Origin: Clostridia bacterium
GTDB taxonomy: Bacteria; Bacillota; Clostridia; Christensenellales; DTU072
Reading direction: 5' to 3'
DNA: 64,000 nt
Assembly (NCBI GenBank): GCA_035409945.1
Contig: DAONQC010000001.1
Span: 21,571-85,570 of the forward strand
A program made the position numbers and the translations under genes. The notes beneath the pieces were generated by a model. It worked only from the letters and a program-made list of their open reading frames with translations. It had not been told where the DNA came from and made no database searches. Of the stretch, positions 56,266 to 64,000 are shown piece after piece (within the stretch, counting starts at the first letter, position 1; every line of letters begins with the position of its first letter).

Positions 56266-56385
56266 TAAATAACTTCCTAAATTTAACTGTGCTTGTAGTC
56301 TTGTAGTAGTGCTAATGTAATAGTATTCATATAATATAGGTATAATTAAATAAATTCAACTAATTGAGGGAATCTGTTGGGTAAT

Positions 56386-57234
56386 TTACCGTTTACTTAA
56401 ATAATATTTTTTCATTGTGATTGCATCTTCAGCTTGAGTTCCGTCACTTTCACATACAACATATGGAGTAAGATTAAATTTAATCAATGCGTCAATCATT
56501 GGTTCATAATCTGGACCATATTTAGAATCTTCAAAAGTCAAATGCCTGATTTCTCCCCTTGGACCATATTCGATTTTGCTAAAGTGAGAATGCATATTCG
56601 CGACCTTATCAAAACCTAGATTATCTAACAGCTTTTGGAATAAAGTGTTATAATTTTCCGGATAATTTAGAACACCTTGTTCTCTGGCATTGATATGGCC
56701 ATAATCGATACAGGGAATAAATCTATAGTCAAGTTTGCATATATTAATAATTTCATCTACTGTTCCCATTTGTCCCACCTTGCCCATGGTTTCCCAGCAC
56801 AACAATACATCACTAATGTCGTGATGATTTAAAATATCTATTAATTTTTTAATATTGTCTAGCATGATTAACTCTGCTTCTTTTCGCTCCAATTTACCTT
56901 GCGAAGCAGGGTGTATTATTACACGGTTAGCTCCGAGTTCAATTGCTTTTATGATAGAATTAATTATATATGTAAACGATTTCTCAATCATTTCATTGTC
57001 AGTATTGGATAGATTAATATAATATGGTGCGTGCACTGTTAATATTACATTTTCTTTTTGAAACGCATTTTTAATTTGATTAGCAGCAACTTGGGATAAA
57101 TTAATCCCCCTACCAAATGAGTATTCAAATATATCTATACCACGCTGTTTGCACCAGCTAGCTGCGTCAACGGTTTTATTTAAACCCTCTTCATAAAAAC
57201 TGTTTGAATTACCTGCTACTCCAAATTTAATCAT
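56386..57234 (-). CDS. TIM-barrel AP endonuclease family 2 / endonuclease IV-like protein
   Basis: The spacing of metal-ligand-like residues (HAPYYINL, IHPAS, WETMG, IDYGH, MHSHFS, CES) resembles the Nfo/xylose-isomerase-like fold. The specific function is not certain. Confidence 0.55.
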   Translation of the reverse strand: MIKFGVAGNSNSFYEEGLNKTVDAASWCKQRGIDIFEYSFGRGINLSQVAANQIKNAFQKENVILTVHAPYYINLSNTDNEMIEKSFTYIINSIIKAIELGANRVIIHPASQGKLERKEAELIMLDNIKKLIDILNHHDISDVLLCWETMGKVGQMGTVDEIINICKLDYRFIPCIDYGHINAREQGVLNYPENYNTLFQKLLDNLGFDKVANMHSHFSKIEYGPRGEIRHLTFEDSKYGPDYEPMIDALIKFNLTPYVVCESDGTQAEDAITMKKYYLSKR

Positions 57235-57256
57235 ATTTTTTCTAACTCCTTAATTT

Positions 57257-58138
57257 CTAATTATTAATTATAGATTTCAAGTCCATCTCAATTTGGTTTT
57301 TTAACTCATTTTTGTTCGGGAACATTATATTTTCGCGTATTTTTTTTACGAAATCGATTTTAATAGCTTCACCATATATGTCTTCATCAAAATCAGTAAT
57401 TAACGTTTCTATCGTGTGTTTGTAATAATTAAATGTAGGACAGGGACCAATATGGGTTAATGATTTCTTACATTGACCGTTTATATGTGTTTTTGTTGAA
57501 TATACACCAGGTGGTGGTAGAATTTTTACGCATGGTATTTCAATATTTGCTGTTTTTACTCCATATTTATGTCCTTCTCCTCGCCCTTTTATAACTATTC
57601 CATACAGTGAATATGATGAATATAATAATTTGTTAGCTTGTTCTAATTTACCTTCCTTTATAAAAATTCTTATGCTTTCTGATGAAATTTTTACATTATT
57701 AATTTTTAATAATGGTTCTATCAGAACATTTACATTATGCAATGATAAAAAATTTGCTAGATCATTCGCACCATTTTGTGCATTTTTACCGTATCTGAAA
57801 TCAGATCCTATTATTACGTATTCTAGATTAAAAGTCGCTAAAAGAAAATTATGAAAATCGTCTGCTGTCATTTGTAAAAATTTAGTAGTCGGATTAGCAA
57901 AATATATATTATTGATGCCCAACATTTTTAGTTTTTGTTCTTTTTCAAATTTAAGATCTATTAATTGCGTTGGAATGTTCCTAATTTGGAAAAAATCATC
58001 CCCAAACGTAAATACTGCAGTTTCACAGTTTATTAATTTAGCCCGTTCTATCGCTTTATTAAGCAATGATAAATGCCCTAAATGAATTCCATCAAAAAAA
58101 CCTATAGCTAAAACAACTCTTTCCACTCTACTCACCAC
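57257..58138 (-). CDS. ribF: Bifunctional riboflavin kinase / FMN adenylyltransferase
   Basis: GFFDGIHLGH nucleotidyltransferase motif and a C-terminal riboflavin kinase region (G.V..G...G...G..TAN). Confidence 0.9.
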   Translation of the reverse strand: MVSRVERVVLAIGFFDGIHLGHLSLLNKAIERAKLINCETAVFTFGDDFFQIRNIPTQLIDLKFEKEQKLKMLGINNIYFANPTTKFLQMTADDFHNFLLATFNLEYVIIGSDFRYGKNAQNGANDLANFLSLHNVNVLIEPLLKINNVKISSESIRIFIKEGKLEQANKLLYSSYSLYGIVIKGRGEGHKYGVKTANIEIPCVKILPPPGVYSTKTHINGQCKKSLTHIGPCPTFNYYKHTIETLITDFDEDIYGEAIKIDFVKKIRENIMFPNKNELKNQIEMDLKSIINN

Positions 58139-58167
58139 ATATGTAATCAGACTTTATGTTAATTATA

Positions 58168-59064
58168 TTATACAAGCCATGTTTTAATTTTTAATTGATT
58201 CTCAAAGACAAAACCTATACCTACAATTTTATCATTTAAAATAACTGAATATAGTATTTTAGGTTCTAAATGCGCAAGTTCAACTTCAACGTTCATACCA
58301 TTTCTAATCCGAACAAACTGTTCATCATTAATTGGAATTTTGGGAAACGATATAAATTTTTCTATCGGGATTATATGCATTTCTGGATTATTTTTGAACT
58401 CGTCAATGGAAATTGAGTGTTTTATATCAAAACACCCACTTCTTTCACGCCTTAAAAACGACATTGTTCCCTTAGTACCCAATAAATGCGCCATATCTCT
58501 TGCAATTGATCTAATATATGTCCCAGCAGAACATATTATTTTAAATGCAAATTCATTGTTATTATTTATACAACTATTTTCATCTAAAAACTGTATTTGT
58601 TCAATAGTAATTTTCTTCGGCTTTAAGTCAAATTCAACACCTTTTCGTGCTAATGAATATGCTCTCTGACCATTGATAAGTTTTGCAGAATATTTAGGTG
58701 GCAATTGGAACCCTACTCCTTCTAGTTGTTTAGATACTCTTTTTATATCGTCAACAGATGGTATTATTTGGGTAGTTTCAATAATATTTCCAGAGAGATC
58801 TAGTGTATCTGTAGTAAATCCAAAAACAAATTTAGCATAGTATGTTTTTGTATCCTCTAAATGGTAATTAAATAAACGTGTCGCGCGACCCAAGGCAATG
58901 GGCAAAACACCCTCTGCTTCAGGATCTAAGGTCCCAAAATGTCCAACTTTTAATGGTTTAGGATATGGTAGTTCTGAGTTAAAAACAATTTTTTTTATTT
59001 TGGAAACGACTTGAGCAGACGAATCTCCTTTTGCTTTATTAATAACAACAATTCCATTTATCAT
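58168..59064 (-). CDS. truB: tRNA pseudouridine-55 synthase
   Basis: INGI.V.NK..G.SS and the catalytic GHFGTLDPEAEGVLPI. Confidence 0.92.
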   Translation of the reverse strand: MINGIVVINKAKGDSSAQVVSKIKKIVFNSELPYPKPLKVGHFGTLDPEAEGVLPIALGRATRLFNYHLEDTKTYYAKFVFGFTTDTLDLSGNIIETTQIIPSVDDIKRVSKQLEGVGFQLPPKYSAKLINGQRAYSLARKGVEFDLKPKKITIEQIQFLDENSCINNNNEFAFKIICSAGTYIRSIARDMAHLLGTKGTMSFLRRERSGCFDIKHSISIDEFKNNPEMHIIPIEKFISFPKIPINDEQFVRIRNGMNVEVELAHLEPKILYSVILNDKIVGIGFVFENQLKIKTWLV

Positions 59065-59127
59065 AATTTAACTCACTGTTTTGTGTTATAAAATTTCATA
59101 CTTGTATATAATTTAATACTTAAACAT

Positions 59128-60117
59128 TCAATTAATATCGTTTTGTAATAATTTTTCAGCATAATATAAAATATTACTAATTACTTGATCATATGGTTTG
59201 TTGATTTTGCAACCGCTGGCATGTTTATGCCCTCCACCTCCAAAATATCGTGCAAATTCATTTGCATTTATATTGTGTTTTGAGCGTACACTAATTTTAA
59301 AAGCATCTTGGTTATTTTCTTCAGCAATTGCGACAGCTAACAAGACCCCTTCGATTTCTATTATTGAGTTTATAATACCCTCTGTACTTGATATATTAGT
59401 ATTAGTAATTTCAAAATCATTTTGTTTAAATGTAATAATACCGAGTTTGTTATTAAAATAAAATTTTGCGTTATTTAGGACAGAGGCCATCAGCCTAAAT
59501 TCACCCACAGTGCGTTCTTTATATACCTTCATGGAAATTTCGGGTCCGTTGATATTATATTTCAGTAATTTGGATGCGACAGTTAAAGTTTCTGCAGTGG
59601 TTGAACTAAATGAAAATATTCCAGTGTCTGCGGCAATCGCTCCATACAGGCAGGCAGCAATTTCCTTATCAATTTTGGAACTATCATAATATTCAAAAAT
59701 TTCAAATAAGATTTGTGCAGTTGCTCCGGCTTTAGAGTCTATTATAGAATCGTTTTTGGGAGGTTTGTCTGTATATTCGTGATGGTCAATCCATAATTTT
59801 TCATCACAATTATTTATAAACATATTGGTTGATTTTTTTCCCATCCTGTCTATAGTAGCACAATCTAAACAAATTCCTAAATCATAGATATCTTTTGAAT
59901 TATAACTATCTTGCACAACATTTGCATTAGGAAAGTATTCTAAATTTTTACGTATTACATTACCAGGTTCAAGAAATACACTAGCATTTTTTCCTAAGTT
60001 ATTTAAATACTTATGCATTGCGAGCGAACTCCCAAAGCAATCCGCATCTGGATTAATATGCATAAATATTGCAATTTTTTCTGCAGGTTGTATTTTATCT
60101 TTGAATAATTGGTACAT
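59128..60117 (-). CDS. nrnA: DHH/DHHA1 phosphoesterase (NrnA-like oligoribonuclease / pAp phosphatase)
   Basis: HINPDADCFGS, DHH (IDHHE) and GGGHKHASG motifs. Its position between rbfA and truB is conserved. Confidence 0.8.
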   Translation of the reverse strand: MYQLFKDKIQPAEKIAIFMHINPDADCFGSSLAMHKYLNNLGKNASVFLEPGNVIRKNLEYFPNANVVQDSYNSKDIYDLGICLDCATIDRMGKKSTNMFINNCDEKLWIDHHEYTDKPPKNDSIIDSKAGATAQILFEIFEYYDSSKIDKEIAACLYGAIAADTGIFSFSSTTAETLTVASKLLKYNINGPEISMKVYKERTVGEFRLMASVLNNAKFYFNNKLGIITFKQNDFEITNTNISSTEGIINSIIEIEGVLLAVAIAEENNQDAFKISVRSKHNINANEFARYFGGGGHKHASGCKINKPYDQVISNILYYAEKLLQNDIN

Positions 60118-60485
60118 TAATCTATTTCTTCCTTATTTGATGAATTTGCATTTGCTTGTTCTAATAACGCATCAATATGCTCTGCGTATTTTAAGCTTTC
60201 ATCTAGTATAAACATTAGGTTAGGTACCTTACGTATTTTTAATTTGCCGTATAATTGCTTTTTAATATAACCAGCCGTGTTTTGTACAATTTTAATTGCT
60301 TCTTTTCCCGTAATTAAACTATTATAAAAACTTAAGTAAACTTTACTTATTTCTAAATCTACAGAGGTGTTCACCTCCATGACCGTAATAATACCTAAAT
60401 CATTAAATCTAGGATCTTTTATCTCACTATTAAATATTTCAGTAATTTTCTTTTTTAATTCATTATTTACGCGTTCTATATTCAT
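60117..60485 (-). CDS. rbfA: Ribosome-binding factor A
   Basis: 122 aa with the pattern RV..L.K.I..I.....KDPR....ITV..V..S.DL..... It lies downstream of infB. Confidence 0.9.
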   Translation of the reverse strand: MNIERVNNELKKKITEIFNSEIKDPRFNDLGIITVMEVNTSVDLEISKVYLSFYNSLITGKEAIKIVQNTAGYIKKQLYGKLKIRKVPNLMFILDESLKYAEHIDALLEQANANSSNKEEID

Positions 60486-60520
60486 TTAAACCTCTAGTTC
60501 GAATTAAATGTTGCATGTTT

Positions 60521-62896
60521 TTATTTTGTTTGATTTTCTACTAACTTGAAAGATTCTATAATATCGCCGTCTTCAAAATCTTGGAAGTCTTTTAGACCAA
60601 TGCCGCATTCAAAACCCGCAACGACCTCTCTTGCATCGTCTTTAAGCCGTTTTAGCGAAGAAATAGTTGTGTCTGCAATTATAATATCATTTCTGATAAC
60701 TCGAACATTTGCATTTCTTACAATTTTTCCATCTTTTACCATAGAGCCAGCTATTTGTCCTACAGTAGGAATTTTATAGACAGCCCGAACTTCGGCCTTA
60801 CCGAGGTATTCTTCTCTATATACAGGCTTAAGCATACCTTTAATTGCATTATTAATATCATCTATGGCATCGTATATGATTCGATATAATCTAATATCTA
60901 CGTTTCTGCTTTCAGCTGCTAATTTAGCTTTAGTATCGGGTCTAACATTGAATCCAATAATAACAGCATTGACAGTATTTGCTAATAAGACATCACTTTC
61001 GTTAATTGCCCCAGGAATGGCTGAGATTGTAGAAACCTTAACTTCATCATTCGATAATTGTTCTAAACTCTCTTTTAATGCTTCGACTGAACCTTGCACA
61101 TCTCCTTTAATGATTATATTTAAAGTTTTTACTTCGCCTTCTTGAAAACTTTTATGAAAATCATCTAAAGTAAAAGCTTTTTTAGAAATTAAACTTAATT
61201 TTTCTTTAGCAATTCGTTCTTCAGCTACCTCTTTTGTTAATTTCTCATCATTTGTAGCAAGCAGGTTATCGCCAGTATTGGGAACATCTTTTAAACCTAA
61301 AATCATAACTACTGAAGAAGGGTCCGCCTTGGTTATACGTTTACCTTTATCGTCCTCCATTGAGCGTATTTTACCTACTACAGTGCCTGCTACAATATAA
61401 TCACCAGTTTTTAGAGTGCCATTTTGTACAATAACAGTTGCTAACGGCCCTCGTTGAGGATCTAGGCGAGCTTCTAATATGGTGCCGCGTCCTTTTCTGT
61501 TAGGATTAGCTTTTAACTCCATAACTTCAGAAGTTACTATAATTGTCTCTAATAAATCATCAATACCCTCTCCAGTCTTTGCAGAAACTCTTATACAAGG
61601 AATGTCTCCACCCCATTCTTCAGGGACAAGACCTTGTTCAGAAATTTGAGTTAAGGTTTTGTCTATATCAATATCTCTCTTGTCAATTTTATTTATTGCT
61701 ACAATTATATTTACACCGGCTGCTTTACTATGATTGATTGCTTCAATAGTTTGTGGCATTATTCCATCATCTGCTGCAACTACAATAACAACTATATCAG
61801 TAATATTTGCACCTCTTTCCCTCATCGCGGTAAATGCAGCATGTCCTGGCGTATCAACAAATGTAATTTTACCAGTTTTTGTTTTTACAGAATAAGCCCC
61901 AATGTGTTGAGTAATACCTCCGGCTTCTCCCCTGGCAACATGGGACTTTCTGATGTAATCTAAAATAGAGGTTTTTCCATGGTCAACGTGTCCCATGATG
62001 GTTACAATAGGAGGCCTCGGTTGTAAATCTTTTTCATTATCCTCTTCTCCGTCGTGAAATGCTTCCATTTTTTCTTCTGATGTTTGAGCAACTTGTAACT
62101 CCAAAGTCACTCCTAATTCTCCAGCTACTAATTCAGCAGTATCAAAATCAATAGTTTCATTAATAGTTCTTTGAATATTTAGTATTGACAATTGTTTAAT
62201 AATATCAGTACTAGTTTTGCCGATTTTTTCTGATAATTCCCTAATTGATATAATTGATTTATCTATGACAGCATGTTCAATAATTTTGACCTCAGATAAA
62301 TTAAACTTATTTTTCTTTTTAATTCCGCTTTTTTTGGGTTTAATTTTTACTACATCCTCTTCTTCTTGGTCAAAATTAAAATTCTTACTACGATAGTCGT
62401 CAATACGCGGTTTTGCCTTGGGTACCCTTATTTCATCTTCATTTTCGTAACGACCTTTCATCCTTTGATTTTTGGGTTTCGTTGGAATCGGAGGGATTTG
62501 TTGATACGCACCTGGCGGAGGAGTGACCGTCTTTTGCGGTTTATTTGTTGGCTGATAACCTCCCGATGGTGGAATATAAATGGTTTCTCTTTCGGGAATT
62601 GTATCGTCATTATTGTGAACAATCGACGTCTTCGATTCGTCAACAGAATTTACTGGTTCATTAGTATTTAATTCCTCAAAAGTCACTGCTTCTTCAGCTG
62701 TGTTAGTATCAATAATTTGTTCTACTATGACTTCTGGATTTTGCCGTTCTAACTCAACACGCCTTTCAGCAAATGCCATTCTAGCAGCTGAAATAGTTTT
62801 TGTTAACTCTTTAAGTTTATTGCGCAGTATACTGGAAATACTGCTAGTTTCTTCAACAGTTAATTCTCTTTCTTGAATATTGTTTTCTTTATTCAT
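60521..62896 (-). CDS. infB: Translation initiation factor IF-2
   Basis: The G-domain motifs [14 protein letters not shown] and NKID are present, with a low-complexity N-terminal region. Length is 791 aa. Confidence 0.96.
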   Translation of the reverse strand: MNKENNIQERELTVEETSSISSILRNKLKELTKTISAARMAFAERRVELERQNPEVIVEQIIDTNTAEEAVTFEELNTNEPVNSVDESKTSIVHNNDDTIPERETIYIPPSGGYQPTNKPQKTVTPPPGAYQQIPPIPTKPKNQRMKGRYENEDEIRVPKAKPRIDDYRSKNFNFDQEEEDVVKIKPKKSGIKKKNKFNLSEVKIIEHAVIDKSIISIRELSEKIGKTSTDIIKQLSILNIQRTINETIDFDTAELVAGELGVTLELQVAQTSEEKMEAFHDGEEDNEKDLQPRPPIVTIMGHVDHGKTSILDYIRKSHVARGEAGGITQHIGAYSVKTKTGKITFVDTPGHAAFTAMRERGANITDIVVIVVAADDGIMPQTIEAINHSKAAGVNIIVAINKIDKRDIDIDKTLTQISEQGLVPEEWGGDIPCIRVSAKTGEGIDDLLETIIVTSEVMELKANPNRKGRGTILEARLDPQRGPLATVIVQNGTLKTGDYIVAGTVVGKIRSMEDDKGKRITKADPSSVVMILGLKDVPNTGDNLLATNDEKLTKEVAEERIAKEKLSLISKKAFTLDDFHKSFQEGEVKTLNIIIKGDVQGSVEALKESLEQLSNDEVKVSTISAIPGAINESDVLLANTVNAVIIGFNVRPDTKAKLAAESRNVDIRLYRIIYDAIDDINNAIKGMLKPVYREEYLGKAEVRAVYKIPTVGQIAGSMVKDGKIVRNANVRVIRNDIIIADTTISSLKRLKDDAREVVAGFECGIGLKDFQDFEDGDIIESFKLVENQTK

Positions 62897-63157
62897 TAAA
62901 TTCTCCTTTGTAATTAGTCAATAAATATATAATATTTTTTTACGTAACTCCGACAACATCATAACTTATTTTTACTTTAATATTTTCGAATTAATTAATA
63001 AGAATTTAAAGTCAGTTACTCCTAATCAAGTTTATTTAAGTACATAACGTTATATTTTAACAAAGTATTGGCAAATATTTTTAATCTATTTTTGAAACTG
63101 AATTATATTTTCATAGTTAATACATCTTGTTATTAATTGAATTGCAGTACTATAAAT

Positions 63158-63430
63158 TTATAAATTTTTCAAGAGTTCATTTCGGATCGTTTCACAATTT
63201 ACATCGTTTATGTTATTTTTAAATGCTTTTTTGAGATATATAGCACTAGTTCCCTTATTTATACATTGAGCATTATTACATAAATACGCTCCTCTACCTG
63301 TTCCTTTTTTGTTTTTATCTACCTCTATTATGTTTTTATCATTCTTCACTAATCTAATTAGTTCGTCTTTGTTTCGTTTAGTTCTACAAACTATGCACAT
63401 TCTAATGTTTTTTACATTTTTCATTTTCAA
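63158..63430 (-). CDS. ylxR: YlxR-family (DUF448) RNA-binding protein
   Basis: The RMCIVCR...K.ELIR and GRGAY.C motifs are present, and the gene sits between nusA and infB. Confidence 0.88.
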   Translation of the reverse strand: MKMKNVKNIRMCIVCRTKRNKDELIRLVKNDKNIIEVDKNKKGTGRGAYLCNNAQCINKGTSAIYLKKAFKNNINDVNCETIRNELLKNL

Positions 63431-63448
63431 TCGTGAGTATTAATTAAT

Positions 63449-64000
63449 CTAATTGAATTTGTTAGAAATGATTTCATTATTGAATTCTTCTTTTTCTTCT
63501 AAATTACCCATGACATCACTATATGCTTTGACATCTATTTTATATCCAGTAAGCTTCATCGCTAATCTTGCATTTTGTCCTCTCTTTCCAATAGCTAAGG
63601 ATAGCTTATCATCGGGCACAACAACTTTTGCAGTATTTTCTACCTGATTTAATTTGACCATAAGAACTTTAACATGCCCTAACGCTCTTGTTATATATTC
63701 ATTAGGATCGTTTGAATATAGTATTACATCAACTTTTTCGCCATTTAATTCGGATACAATTGCATTAACTCTAACTCCTTTCTGACCTATACAAGCTCCA
63801 GTACTGTCTACATTAGGATCATCGCTATAAACAGCAATTTTTGTTCTTGCTCCCGCATCTCTAACAATATTTTTAATTTTTACTAGATTAGAACGGATTT
63901 CTGGGACTTCAATTTCGAATAGTTTTCTAACAAAGCCAGCATCACTTCTACTTACAATTACTTGTTGTTGACCTCTATTATTAATTTTAACTTTTTTTAC
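63449..64000 (-). CDS. nusA: Transcription termination/antitermination factor NusA, C-terminal part (5' end outside window)
   Basis: The frame stays open to the window edge. KH-domain motifs are present (LAIGKRGQNARLA) along with upstream residues DPNEYITRALGHVKV. Confidence 0.9.
   Translation of the reverse strand, partial: VKKVKINNRGQQQVIVSRSDAGFVRKLFEIEVPEIRSNLVKIKNIVRDAGARTKIAVYSDDPNVDSTGACIGQKGVRVNAIVSELNGEKVDVILYSNDPNEYITRALGHVKVLMVKLNQVENTAKVVVPDDKLSLAIGKRGQNARLAMKLTGYKIDVKAYSDVMGNLEEKEEFNNEIISNKFN

Noticed and set aside
1-64000. A scan by eye for CRISPR arrays, rRNA genes, IS elements or transposases, toxin-antitoxin pairs, restriction-modification systems or other defence gene clusters
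   Set aside because: I saw no regularly spaced direct repeats, no rRNA-like conserved blocks and no transposase or nuclease/ATPase defence-type ORFs. Apart from the surface proteins and the recombinase-lexA unit, every sizeable ORF has a housekeeping assignment.

Overview
AT-rich, Clostridia-like Firmicutes chromosome segment, densely packed with core housekeeping genes. The lineage call rests on a type-A RNase P RNA, an IspH-S1 fusion and Firmicutes operon synteny. Genes run on the + strand from 1 to 38077: ftsZ, nrdR, rnpB, rarA, rubrerythrin, ruvX, rpsB-tsf-pyrH, efp, nusB-xseAB-ispA, nadK-argR-recN, pheST, thiI, miaB-mutSL-miaA, and a recombinase-lexA operon. From 38086 to 64000 they run on the - strand: rnhA, proC, ispH/rpsA, cmk, surE, rluB, scpAB, ribF, truB, nrnA, rbfA, infB, ylxR, nusA. 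No defence island, prophage, CRISPR array or biosynthetic cluster is visible. Main observations: (1) A ~570-nt structured, G+C-enriched, ORF-free RNA lies between ispA and a 4-TM protein gene, followed by nadK-argR-recN. This is the published synteny of the OLE RNA / OapA ribonucleoprotein locus, and the ORF track misses it. (2) A perfect 17+17 bp palindrome sits 135 bp upstream of an XerS-like tyrosine recombinase that appears co-transcribed with lexA and a membrane-anchored PadR-like protein. The global gene-orientation switch is 3.3 kb further on. I interpret this as a candidate single-recombinase dif/Xer module at the replication terminus, wired to the SOS repressor gene. (3) An 8.4-kb gene for a 2818-aa tail-anchored repeat protein is inserted between scpB and rluB, and a 477-aa paralogue lies upstream of rpsB. 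(4) The region upstream of rpsB is repeat-rich and structured. (5) An oxidoreductase gene is frameshifted in a T8 homopolymer. All calls come from reading the sequence and translated ORFs; no searches were run.
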